24,183 bases of DNA, from positions 1 to 24,183 of the forward strand of contig JBNKUM010000032.1 of the NCBI GenBank assembly GCA_050298595.1, read 5' to 3'. Shown here one piece after another: positions 15,564-24,183 of this stretch. The stretch comes from Gammaproteobacteria bacterium (GTDB lineage: Bacteria; Pseudomonadota; Gammaproteobacteria; GCA-001735895). The notes under the pieces are model-generated. The model was not told the DNA's origin and ran no database searches. It worked only from the letters and a program-made list of their open reading frames with translations. A program made the position numbers and the translations under genes. Positions within the stretch are counted from its first letter, which is position 1. Each line of letters begins with the position of its first letter.

Positions 15564-16499
15564 ATGATAAAAATTAAGAAAAACTCCGATTGCTCAGAAT
15601 CTGAAGTTACTCCTGAACCTCTTTACCTGAAACGTCGTCAATTTATTAAGTCGGCCTCATATCTCGGTATTGCAGGACTCACATTACAGTCTTTACCCTT
15701 GTCCCTGATGGCTAAGGAATCTTCTTTATCCAGGCTAAATGACGATGACAAGATTACCGATTATGAAGATGCTACCAGCTACAATAACTTCTATGAGTTT
15801 GGTACGGGCAAGGATGAACCCGTTATAAATGCAAAAGGTTTCAATACCGATAACTGGAAGGTCTCTGTCTCAGGGGAGTGTGAAAACCCCGGTGAGTTTG
15901 CTCTGGAAGACCTGATTTCAGGTATTGGGGTCGAGGAGCGTATCTATAGACTGCGATGCGTTGAAGCCTGGTCTATGGTGATTCCATGGCAGGGTGTTTC
16001 GCTGGGAAAAGTTCTACAGAAATACAGGCCAACCTCTAAAGCAAAATATGTCGTGTTTAAGACCTTACTCGATTCGAAACGCATGCCAGGCCAAAAGCGT
16101 GCTGTGCTTGACTGGCCCTATGTTGAGGGGTTAAGGATTGATGAAGCTATGCATCCTTTATCAATCTTATCTACCGGTATGTATGGAAAAACCATGCCTG
16201 CTCAAAATGGTGCACCTGTGCGTCTGGTTGTGCCCTGGAAGTATGGTTTCAAGAGTATCAAATCGATAGTAAGCATTGAGTTTTCCGAACAACAGCCGCA
16301 GACAACCTGGCATTTACAGGGACCTCATGAGTATGGTTTTTATGCGAATGTGAACCCTGAGGTGAATCATCCGCGCTGGAGCCAGGCTAAAGAAAGGCGT
16401 ATTGGCGATTTCTTTAAACGCAAAACATTGATGTTCAATGGCTATGCCGATGAAGTGGCGTCTCTGTACTCCGGTATGGATCTGAGAAAGTATTTTTAA
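15564..16499 (+). CDS. msrP: Protein-methionine-sulfoxide reductase catalytic subunit MsrP
   Basis: Tat motif KRRQFIK; YNNFYEFG, RLRCVEAWSM, PWKYGFKSIKSI and HPRWSQA. Confidence 0.96.
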   Translation: MIKIKKNSDCSESEVTPEPLYLKRRQFIKSASYLGIAGLTLQSLPLSLMAKESSLSRLNDDDKITDYEDATSYNNFYEFGTGKDEPVINAKGFNTDNWKVSVSGECENPGEFALEDLISGIGVEERIYRLRCVEAWSMVIPWQGVSLGKVLQKYRPTSKAKYVVFKTLLDSKRMPGQKRAVLDWPYVEGLRIDEAMHPLSILSTGMYGKTMPAQNGAPVRLVVPWKYGFKSIKSIVSIEFSEQQPQTTWHLQGPHEYGFYANVNPEVNHPRWSQAKERRIGDFFKRKTLMFNGYADEVASLYSGMDLRKYF

Positions 16500-16510
16500 G
16501 TGATCCCATC

Positions 16511-17125
16511 ATGTTAAAACACAAACTGGCTAAGCCATTATTTTTTATTTCATGCCTGCTGCCATTTCTCTGGATTATTGTTAATGCCTTTATGGGTGAT
16601 CTGGGCGCGAATCCAGTAGAAACCATTACCCATCAAACGGGTGACTGGGCATTACGCTTCTTGATACTCACGCTGGCTCTCACTCCATTAAAAAACCTGA
16701 CCGGGAATAGTCAGATCATCCGTTTCAGGCGCATGGCTGGTCTGTTTGTGTATTTTTATGCTTTTCTTCATTTTTCTATCTGGTTTCTCGCTGACCATAG
16801 CCTGGATTTCTTTTCGATGTATGAAGATATCTTGAAGCGTCCTTATATTACGGTTGGATTTATTGCATTTATCCTGTTAACGCCGTTGGCAATAACCTCT
16901 AATCGCTGGAGTATAGGCAAACTTGGTAAGCGCTGGAAACTGCTACATAAGCTTGTCTATCCGATCCTGTTGCTGGCTGTGGTGCATTATCTGTGGCTGG
17001 TTAAGGCAGATTATCTTGAGCCAATCATATATGCAGTAGTCGCAGTAATTGTCCTGGGTTTGAGGTTGAAACCATTTATATATACTGGCCGAACTAAAGT
17101 GGCCTTGCATCAATCCAGAGTTTGA
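16511..17125 (+). CDS. msrQ: Heme-binding membrane subunit MsrQ
   Basis: Motifs LGANPVE..THQTG.WAL, RRMAGL, KRPYITVG and WKLLHKLVY. Lies directly after msrP. Confidence 0.95.
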   Translation: MLKHKLAKPLFFISCLLPFLWIIVNAFMGDLGANPVETITHQTGDWALRFLILTLALTPLKNLTGNSQIIRFRRMAGLFVYFYAFLHFSIWFLADHSLDFFSMYEDILKRPYITVGFIAFILLTPLAITSNRWSIGKLGKRWKLLHKLVYPILLLAVVHYLWLVKADYLEPIIYAVVAVIVLGLRLKPFIYTGRTKVALHQSRV

Positions 17126-17955
17126 CCAAGCCAGTAGGTGGCGAACTGAGTGGCGATGCGACCACTACGTGAGCCTCGTTGGGTAGCAAATCGAACGGCA
17201 TGGATTGCTATTTCCTCTGTCATCGGGATCTCGTATTGTGATAATGCGAGTTCCACAACATCCAGATACTGTGGTTGAGTAAACGGGTGGAAAGATAGCC
17301 ATAGGCCGAATCGGTCGGACAGGGATATCTTTTCTTCTATGGCATCGCTGGGGTGTAACTGCCCATCTTCCATTCGGCTGTCCAGATTATCCTGCATCGA
17401 TTCCGGCATCAGATGACGGCGGTTAGAGGTGGCATAGATTAAAACATTGGCTGGTTGAGCCTGTATGGAGCCTTCCAGCGTGGCTTTCAGGGCTTTGTAG
17501 GATTCATCATCACTTTCAAAAGATAGATCATCCAGATAGATCAGGTACTTACGTTGATCCATTGCCAGTAGTGAAATAATTTCAAACAGGTTTTCGGCTT
17601 CTTTTTTACTGACCTCGACCATACATAAATCGTGGTCCTTGAATTGAGTCAGCTGAGCCTTGATGATGGATGATTTTCCGGTGCCGCGTGATCCCCAGAG
17701 CAGTGCATTATTGGCCGGATGACCCAGCAAAAACTGGCGCGTATTGGTATTTAAGAGCTTAGCCTGACGTTCGATATGTAGCAATTCACCGGGTTCTACC
17801 CGATGGTAATCGGCGATGCCCTGCAGGTGCCCCTGATCCCAGCGATAAGCTCGATAGGACCAGTCCTGATCAATCTTTTTTTGAGCAGGTACCAGTAACT
17901 CCAGTCTATCCAGCAGGTCATCAAGTCGGCTGAATAATTTGTCAGAATCAGACAT
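17110..17955 (-). CDS. AAA+ ATP-binding protein (DUF815 family)
   Basis: Walker A in NNALLWGSRGTGKSS; DDLSFE, YATSNRRHLMPE and SLSDRFGL. Confidence 0.9.
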   Translation of the reverse strand: MSDSDKLFSRLDDLLDRLELLVPAQKKIDQDWSYRAYRWDQGHLQGIADYHRVEPGELLHIERQAKLLNTNTRQFLLGHPANNALLWGSRGTGKSSIIKAQLTQFKDHDLCMVEVSKKEAENLFEIISLLAMDQRKYLIYLDDLSFESDDESYKALKATLEGSIQAQPANVLIYATSNRRHLMPESMQDNLDSRMEDGQLHPSDAIEEKISLSDRFGLWLSFHPFTQPQYLDVVELALSQYEIPMTEEIAIHAVRFATQRGSRSGRIATQFATYWLGQTLD

Positions 17956-17957
17956 GG

Positions 17958-19622
17958 CTATCCCAGCTTACGGTATTTGATGCGGTGAGGCTGATCAGCC
18001 TGTTGTCCCAGTCGTTGTTTGCGATGGCTTTCATATTCTGAATAGTTGCCTTCATAGAAATACACCTGGCTGTCACCTTCAAAGGCCAGAATATGGGTTG
18101 CGATACGATCCAGAAACCAGCGATCATGCGATACTACAACTGCACAGCCAGGGTATTCGAGTATGGCTTCTTCCAGGGCTCGCAGGGTTTCTACATCCAG
18201 ATCGTTGGTAGGCTCATCGAGTAATAACAGGTTGCCACCACTCTTAAGCAGTTTGGCCAGATGTACTCGGTTGCGCTCACCACCAGACAGATCTTTAACG
18301 CGTTTTTGCTGTGAAGCGCCGCGGAAGTTAAAACGAGACACATAAGCTCGTGATGAAACTTCGTAACTGCCAACCGTAATATTGTCGAGTCCATCGGATA
18401 GCTCTTCCCAGACTGTATTATCGCCGTTTAAGTCATCTCGAGATTGATCTACATAGGCGATTTTGACTGTTTCACCTACCTTGACACTACCTTCGTCCAG
18501 TTGTTCATCACCCACCAGAACCTTAAACAGGGTGGATTTACCCGCACCATTGGGTCCGATAATGCCCACAATGCCGCCACGAGGTAGTTTGAAATCAAGA
18601 TCCTGGTATAACAGTTTGTCACCGAAGGATTTCTTACCGCCTTCGACTTCAACAACAATATCACCGAGTCTGGGACCAGGTGGAATATAGAGTTCGTTGG
18701 TTTCTGTGCGTTTCTGATATTCCTGAGTGGATAATTCTTCAAAGCGCTTGAGACGCGCCTTACTTTTTGACTGACGACCCTTGGGGTTGCTACGTACCCA
18801 TTCCAGCTCGTGCTTCATTGATTTAACGCGCGCCTGTTCTGAACGCTCTTCGCTTTCCAGTCTCTTTTCCTTCTGTTCCAGCCAGGAGGAATAGTTGCCT
18901 TGCCAGGGAATACCATGGCCTCTATCAAGCTCAAGAATCCATCCGGCAACATTGTCCAGGAAGTAGCGATCATGGGTAACGGCGATAACCGTCCCCTCGA
19001 ACTCCTTGAGGAATCGTTCCAGCCAGGCAACAGATTCTGCGTCCAGATGGTTGGTGGGTTCATCGAGGATGAGCATGTCAGGGTTAGATAACAATAGTCT
19101 GCAGAGCGCGACACGACGTTTTTCACCACCGGAAAGGTGCTCTACCTTCGCATCCCAGGGAGGTAGACGTAAGGCATCAGCGGCAATTTCGAGTTTGCGG
19201 TCCAGTTCCCAGGCATTGCAGGCATCGATCTTTTCCTGCAGCTCAGCCTGTTCGGCCATCAATTTATCAAAGTCGGCATCGGGTTCGGCAAACTGGGCAC
19301 TGACGGCGTTGAATTGATCTAACAGGGCTTTGGTTTCAGCAACGCCTTCTTCAACATTGCCGCGTACGTCTTTTTCCGGGTCTAATTGAGGTTCCTGTGC
19401 GAGATAACCGATTTTGATACCTTTTTGAGGTCTGGCTTCACCGGTGTATTCTGTATCTACACCGGCCATGATTTTCAGTAGCGTGGATTTACCAGCTCCG
19501 TTATAGCCAAGAACGCCGATCTTGGCACCAGGAAAAAAATTGAGAGATATATTCTTAAGAATTTCGGTCTGTGGGGGGACAACCTTACCCACATCGTTCA
19601 TAGTGTAAATATATTGAGCCAT
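17958..19622 (-). CDS. ettA: Energy-dependent translational throttle protein EttA (ABC-F)
   Basis: MAQYIYTM start, two ABC domains ([23 protein letters not shown] twice) and the [19 protein letters not shown] linker. Confidence 0.96.
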   Translation of the reverse strand: MAQYIYTMNDVGKVVPPQTEILKNISLNFFPGAKIGVLGYNGAGKSTLLKIMAGVDTEYTGEARPQKGIKIGYLAQEPQLDPEKDVRGNVEEGVAETKALLDQFNAVSAQFAEPDADFDKLMAEQAELQEKIDACNAWELDRKLEIAADALRLPPWDAKVEHLSGGEKRRVALCRLLLSNPDMLILDEPTNHLDAESVAWLERFLKEFEGTVIAVTHDRYFLDNVAGWILELDRGHGIPWQGNYSSWLEQKEKRLESEERSEQARVKSMKHELEWVRSNPKGRQSKSKARLKRFEELSTQEYQKRTETNELYIPPGPRLGDIVVEVEGGKKSFGDKLLYQDLDFKLPRGGIVGIIGPNGAGKSTLFKVLVGDEQLDEGSVKVGETVKIAYVDQSRDDLNGDNTVWEELSDGLDNITVGSYEVSSRAYVSRFNFRGASQQKRVKDLSGGERNRVHLAKLLKSGGNLLLLDEPTNDLDVETLRALEEAILEYPGCAVVVSHDRWFLDRIATHILAFEGDSQVYFYEGNYSEYESHRKQRLGQQADQPHRIKYRKLG

Positions 19623-19891
19623 GATTTTACCATTGGAAAATGTGCGCGCATGATAGCTTACTCAGTAGCTAAATTTAACCAAATTTTATGCGTTAGAATT
19701 GAGTCCTATATCCATAGAGAAAATACGTCTGAAAATTAATTATAATGTCTGGTATTTTTGCTGCATTAACATAATTTATGCGCACAAATAACTACTTATA
19801 GAAGTATAAAGCGTAAAAAACTAAGGTTCTTTCTGAATGAATCAACTTTATACCTATTAACCAAAGGAATATACCCCGAGACAAGCACAAA

Positions 19892-22705
19892 ATGTCAATG
19901 AAGAAACAGCAACAGGAGAGTTACCTGTTCGGCAGCAATGCCGCTTATTTTGAAGATTTGTACCATCAATTCCTGATTAATGAAGACAGCGTCGATGAAG
20001 AATGGCGCTTTTGGTTTAAATCTTTAAAAAATGGTTCAGATGTCACTGATCCTGATCACGTTTCTATTCAAAATCAAGTCAAATCTATAGTACTTAACAA
20101 AAAGACCTCGGTTGCTCCAGTTAGTCATGCTCAACACGAACACCGCTTTAAACAGATTAAAGTGCTTCAGTTAATCAATGCCTATCGTTTTCGTGGGCAT
20201 CAAATAGCCAGGATGGATCCATTAGGATTAACCCATAACGATGTGGGTAATGAGCTTTCTCTGGAGTCGTATGAATTATCTGAAGATGATTTAAATACCG
20301 TATTTTCTTCCGGATCAATGTTCGGCGTTGATGAAGCCCCGTTGAGTGAAATTATCGATCGTCTGAAAGCAACCTATTGCGGTTCTATCGGCTCTGAGTT
20401 TATGTATATCGCTGATACCGAGCAGAAGCGATGGATTCAGCAGGAACTTGAAACGACGCTGGCACAGCCTAATTTCACACATGGTAGAAGAATGCGTATT
20501 CTGGATCGTGTTATCGCTGCGGAAAATCTGGAAAAGTATCTGCATACCCGCTACGTAGGTCAAAAACGCTTCTCACTAGAAGGTGGAGAATCACTGATTC
20601 CGCTAATGGATCGCATCATTCAGCAGGCGGGCAAGGATGACACACGCGAAGTGGTTATCGGTATGGCTCACCGGGGGCGTTTGAATGTGCTAACCAATAT
20701 TCTGGGTAAAATGCCTTCAGTGCTATTCGATGAGTTCGAAGGCAAGGTTCAGGTTAGTGATAAATATAACTACGATGTGAAATATCATCAGGGCTTTTCT
20801 TCTGACGTTAGTACGTCTACTGGTCCAGTCCATCTGGCACTGGCTTTCAATCCTTCTCATCTGGAAATCGTCAGCCCCGTGGTTGAAGGTTCGGTACGTG
20901 CACGGCAACGGCTTTATAACAAGCAATCCATCAGTACCACCGATGTATTACCCATCGTTGTTCATGGTGATTCTGCTTTTGCCGGGCAGGGTGTGGTGAT
21001 GGAAAATTTCAATATGTGCCAGACTCGTGGATACCATACTGGCGGCACTATTCACATCATCGTGAACAACCAGATCGGTTTTACCACCAGTCATCCGAAG
21101 GATTTACGATCTACTCTTTACTGTACCGAAGTGGCTCGTATGGTTCAGGCACCTATTTTTCATGTTAATGGCGATGATCCTGAAGCCTGTGTATTTGTCG
21201 CAGAACTGGCGGTGAAATACCGTAAAAAATATAACCGCGATGTGGTTATCGACATCATCTGTTATCGCCGTTATGGTCATAATGAAGCTGACGAGCCAGC
21301 AGCAACTCAACCTCGTATGTATGCTGCGATACGCAATCATCCGCGACTGGTAGATAAACATTCACAGGCCTTGATTGACGAAGGTGTAGTTGATCGTCAG
21401 ACGGTTGATACCATGATCGGCGACTATCGTAGAGCGCTGGAGCAAAGTGGAACGGTTGCGTTGAATGCAATTTCAGGTCTGGAACAACAAAATCGCAGTA
21501 ACTGGGATCGTTTTCTGGAAAATGATTTTACCGTCCTGCCTGATACCTCCGTGAAGATGGAAAGTATCAAAGCGATGGGTAAAGAATTACTAGAGTTACC
21601 GGATGGATTTCAATTGCATCATCGAGTCAAAAAAATCATGGATGCTCGTCAGCAAATGCTGGATGAGGAGATTTTCTGTGATTGGGGTTTTGCGGAAACC
21701 CTGGCTTATGCAAGCTTACTAAACGAAGGCCACTCTATTCGCCTTTCTGGTCAGGATTCTGAACGAGGCACTTTCTTCCACCGTCATGCAGTTTTACATA
21801 ATCAGACCCAAAAAAGTGGTATCCATGTACCGCTGAAAAAACTGCAGACTGGTAGCTCAAGATTTGAAGTGATTAATTCTTTCCTTTCAGAAGAAGCAGT
21901 GCTGGCTTTTGAATATGGTTATGCATCGACAGACCCAGATACATTAGTACTATGGGAAGCTCAGTTTGGTGATTTTGCCAATGGCGCGCAGGTGGTTATA
22001 GATCAATTCATCAGTTCTGGTGAAGTGAAGTGGGGTCGCCTATGTCATCTGGTTATGCTGCTACCACATGGCTATGAAGGACAGGGTCCAGAGCATAGCT
22101 CAGCCAGATTAGAGCGCTACCTGGAATTATGTGCCCAAAACAATATGCGAGTGGTTATGCCCACTATGCCTTCACAGATCTTTCACCTGTTACGCAGCCA
22201 GATCAAGGGTGACTTCCGTAAGCCATTGATTGTAATGAGTCCGAAAAGCCTGTTACGTCATGAAGCGGCAGTTTCACCACTCACAGACCTGACTGAAGGC
22301 GGTTTCAAAAAGTTAATTCCTGAAGTCGTTGAAGTAAATCCGGAAGAAGTAAAAAGAATTATCTTCTGCAGTGGAAAAATCTATTTCAAACTGTATGAAA
22401 CTCGTCAACAGCGTTACGATCATAGCACTATAATAGTAAGGCTTGAGCAACTTTACCCCTATCCAAAAGAAGAAATCCAAGAAACATTACAGCTTTATCC
22501 AAACCTGGAAAAAGCAGTATGGTGCCAGGATGAGCCGCGCAATCAGGGTAGCTGGTGGTATATTAAAAGCCAGCTTATGGAAACCTGTCATGGGATACCG
22601 GTAGAGTATGCAGGACGCGATTCATCAGCATCACCAGCGGTAGGTTATATGTCACTGCACCTTGAGCAGGAGCATAAGCTGGTAACCGAAGCGTTTGAAC
22701 TTTAA
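19892..22705 (+). CDS. sucA: 2-oxoglutarate dehydrogenase E1 component
   Basis: Motifs GQKRFSLEGGE, GMAHRGRLN, the ThDP motif HGDSAFAGQG...NNQIGF, WEAQFGDF and HGYEGQGPEHSS. Confidence 0.97.
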   Translation: MSMKKQQQESYLFGSNAAYFEDLYHQFLINEDSVDEEWRFWFKSLKNGSDVTDPDHVSIQNQVKSIVLNKKTSVAPVSHAQHEHRFKQIKVLQLINAYRFRGHQIARMDPLGLTHNDVGNELSLESYELSEDDLNTVFSSGSMFGVDEAPLSEIIDRLKATYCGSIGSEFMYIADTEQKRWIQQELETTLAQPNFTHGRRMRILDRVIAAENLEKYLHTRYVGQKRFSLEGGESLIPLMDRIIQQAGKDDTREVVIGMAHRGRLNVLTNILGKMPSVLFDEFEGKVQVSDKYNYDVKYHQGFSSDVSTSTGPVHLALAFNPSHLEIVSPVVEGSVRARQRLYNKQSISTTDVLPIVVHGDSAFAGQGVVMENFNMCQTRGYHTGGTIHIIVNNQIGFTTSHPKDLRSTLYCTEVARMVQAPIFHVNGDDPEACVFVAELAVKYRKKYNRDVVIDIICYRRYGHNEADEPAATQPRMYAAIRNHPRLVDKHSQALIDEGVVDRQTVDTMIGDYRRALEQSGTVALNAISGLEQQNRSNWDRFLENDFTVLPDTSVKMESIKAMGKELLELPDGFQLHHRVKKIMDARQQMLDEEIFCDWGFAETLAYASLLNEGHSIRLSGQDSERGTFFHRHAVLHNQTQKSGIHVPLKKLQTGSSRFEVINSFLSEEAVLAFEYGYASTDPDTLVLWEAQFGDFANGAQVVIDQFISSGEVKWGRLCHLVMLLPHGYEGQGPEHSSARLERYLELCAQNNMRVVMPTMPSQIFHLLRSQIKGDFRKPLIVMSPKSLLRHEAAVSPLTDLTEGGFKKLIPEVVEVNPEEVKRIIFCSGKIYFKLYETRQQRYDHSTIIVRLEQLYPYPKEEIQETLQLYPNLEKAVWCQDEPRNQGSWWYIKSQLMETCHGIPVEYAGRDSSASPAVGYMSLHLEQEHKLVTEAFEL

Positions 22706-22760
22706 CAAATCATAATAGATTATTGACCATTGTAGATCATAAGACTGGAGCATAGAAAAA

Positions 22761-23945
22761 ATGTTGGTTGAAATAAAAGTACCCGTACTACCCGAATCAG
22801 TAACTGAAGGTACTCTGGGTGCCTGGCACAAACAGGTTGGCGATAGCGTCAAACAGGATGACATCATCGTTGATCTTGAAACCGATAAAGTAGTTTTAGA
22901 GATTGTAGCAACAGCTTCTGGTGTGATTACATCAATAGATAAAGAAGAAGGGGATACGGTTACCAATAATCAGATCCTGGCTATTATTGATACTGAAGCA
23001 GCGTCAGAACCTGCTGCAGAGACTAAAGCAGAAGTTGCAGCCGAACCTAAGGCTGGACCGGCTGCACGTAAAGCGATGAAACAAAATGATGTGAACCCTG
23101 CAGAAGTCACCGGAACTGGTCAAAAAGGTGCTATTACCAGGCAGGATGTTGAAAAACACGTTCAGGCAACAACAGTAGTCCAGGCTGCCGCGCCAGCTCC
23201 GGCTGTTGCTCCCCTGGCCGCTGCTCCTGCACAGCCAGGTGATAACCGCAATGACCGTCGCGTTCCTATGTCGCGTATGAGAGCACGTATTGCCGAAAGA
23301 TTAAAAGAAGCTCAAAACACTGCAGCAATGCTGACCACATTTAATGAAGTTAATCTTCAGCCGATGATGGATTTGCGCAATCGCTACAAAGAAACTTTTG
23401 AAAAATCTCACGGCGTAAAACTGGGCATGATGTCATTCTTTACCAAAGCAGCCGTTGAAGCCCTGAAGAAATTCCCTGCGGTTAATGCATCTATTGATGG
23501 TGGCGACATTGTTTATCACGATTACTTTGATATAGGTATCGCAGTCAGTTCAGAGCGTGGATTGGTAGTGCCAATCCTGCGCGATGTTGACCAGATGAGT
23601 TATGCGGATGTGGAACAGGAAATCCGTAATATGGCAGAGCGTGCACGTACCGGTAAACTGGGTATCGATGAACTCACTGGTGGAACTTTCAGTATTACTA
23701 ATGGTGGTACTTTCGGATCAATGCTATCTACGCCAATTTTAAATCCGCCACAAAGTGCCATCCTGGGTATGCATAATATTATTGAAAGACCGGTCGTTAT
23801 TGATGGCGATATTGTCGCACGTCCAATGATGTATCTGGCACTGACTTACGATCATCGGATTATTGATGGACGTGAAGCGGTACAGTTTCTGGTGACCATC
23901 AAGCAGCTACTGGAAGATCCAGCTCGTTTATTGCTACAGGTGTAA
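22761..23945 (+). CDS. sucB: Dihydrolipoyllysine-residue succinyltransferase (E2)
   Basis: Lipoyl motif ETDKV, E3-binding domain and catalytic YDHRIIDG. Follows sucA. Confidence 0.97.
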   Translation: MLVEIKVPVLPESVTEGTLGAWHKQVGDSVKQDDIIVDLETDKVVLEIVATASGVITSIDKEEGDTVTNNQILAIIDTEAASEPAAETKAEVAAEPKAGPAARKAMKQNDVNPAEVTGTGQKGAITRQDVEKHVQATTVVQAAAPAPAVAPLAAAPAQPGDNRNDRRVPMSRMRARIAERLKEAQNTAAMLTTFNEVNLQPMMDLRNRYKETFEKSHGVKLGMMSFFTKAAVEALKKFPAVNASIDGGDIVYHDYFDIGIAVSSERGLVVPILRDVDQMSYADVEQEIRNMAERARTGKLGIDELTGGTFSITNGGTFGSMLSTPILNPPQSAILGMHNIIERPVVIDGDIVARPMMYLALTYDHRIIDGREAVQFLVTIKQLLEDPARLLLQV

Positions 23946-23972
23946 ACCAGGCTTAGTTAGCGTTTGTTTATA

Positions 23973-24183
23973 CTAGTGTACTGTCCTAAACTGTATGCAG
24001 ATTATAGAAGCCCCCAAATTTCCCAAGACAAGGCGCAGTTCGCAGGCAATGGCGCCTCCCTTGTCAAGAACTGCAACGCCGGATTGGGGGATTTGGGGGC
24101 TTCCCTTCGGGCGAGACGGGAAACAGCCATCTGCTGCGTTGTCATCCTTGAAAAGGGCATGCCATTCCCTGCGGATGACGCCT
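23973..24183. mobile_element. Probable MITE after sucB (truncated by the window end)
   Basis: Starts near CTAGTGTACTGTCC. Long stem GAAGCCCCCAAAT...ATTTGGGGGCTTC (24007-24103) and CAAGGCG..CAACGC / GCGTTG..CGCCT modules like those in the 9959 MITE. The second TIR is not visible. Confidence 0.55.

Noticed and set aside
17110-17125. 16-bp convergent overlap of msrQ and the DUF815 gene
   Set aside because: Real, but short tail-to-tail overlaps are common.
10489-22966. Many short ORFs antisense or out of frame within purL, the sgp-like gene, msrPQ, ettA, sucA and sucB (likewise within island genes)
   Set aside because: These are shadow ORFs of well-supported genes with no independent evidence.

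Overview
Gammaproteobacterial chromosome segment, probably from a sulfur oxidizer (it encodes a sulfur-globule-like protein). The right part (about 9.9-24.2 kb) is core genome: purL, an sgp-like gene, msrPQ, a DUF815-type AAA+ ATPase, ettA, sucA and sucB, plus several MITE/REP-like intergenic repeats. The left part (1-9502) is an AT-rich genomic island inserted at the 3' end of the tmRNA gene (ssrA, minus strand, tag ANDDNYAIAA); its far end lies outside the window. The island backbone has a tyrosine integrase, a serine resolvase with a res-like site, a decayed second serine recombinase and an HTH protein. Its cargo is integron-type cassettes (five attC or attC-like sites, two attI-like heads), with no IntI in the window. 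The most unusual feature: the cargo blocks are bracketed by three clusters, each of exactly three ~30-bp imperfect palindromes spaced mostly by 15 bp. Two clusters start right at an attC core site, and each of those two has a 170-bp MITE inserted at a central GGTC. This may be an undescribed repeat-delimited system for capturing integron segments. All calls are from reading the sequence by eye; no searches were run.
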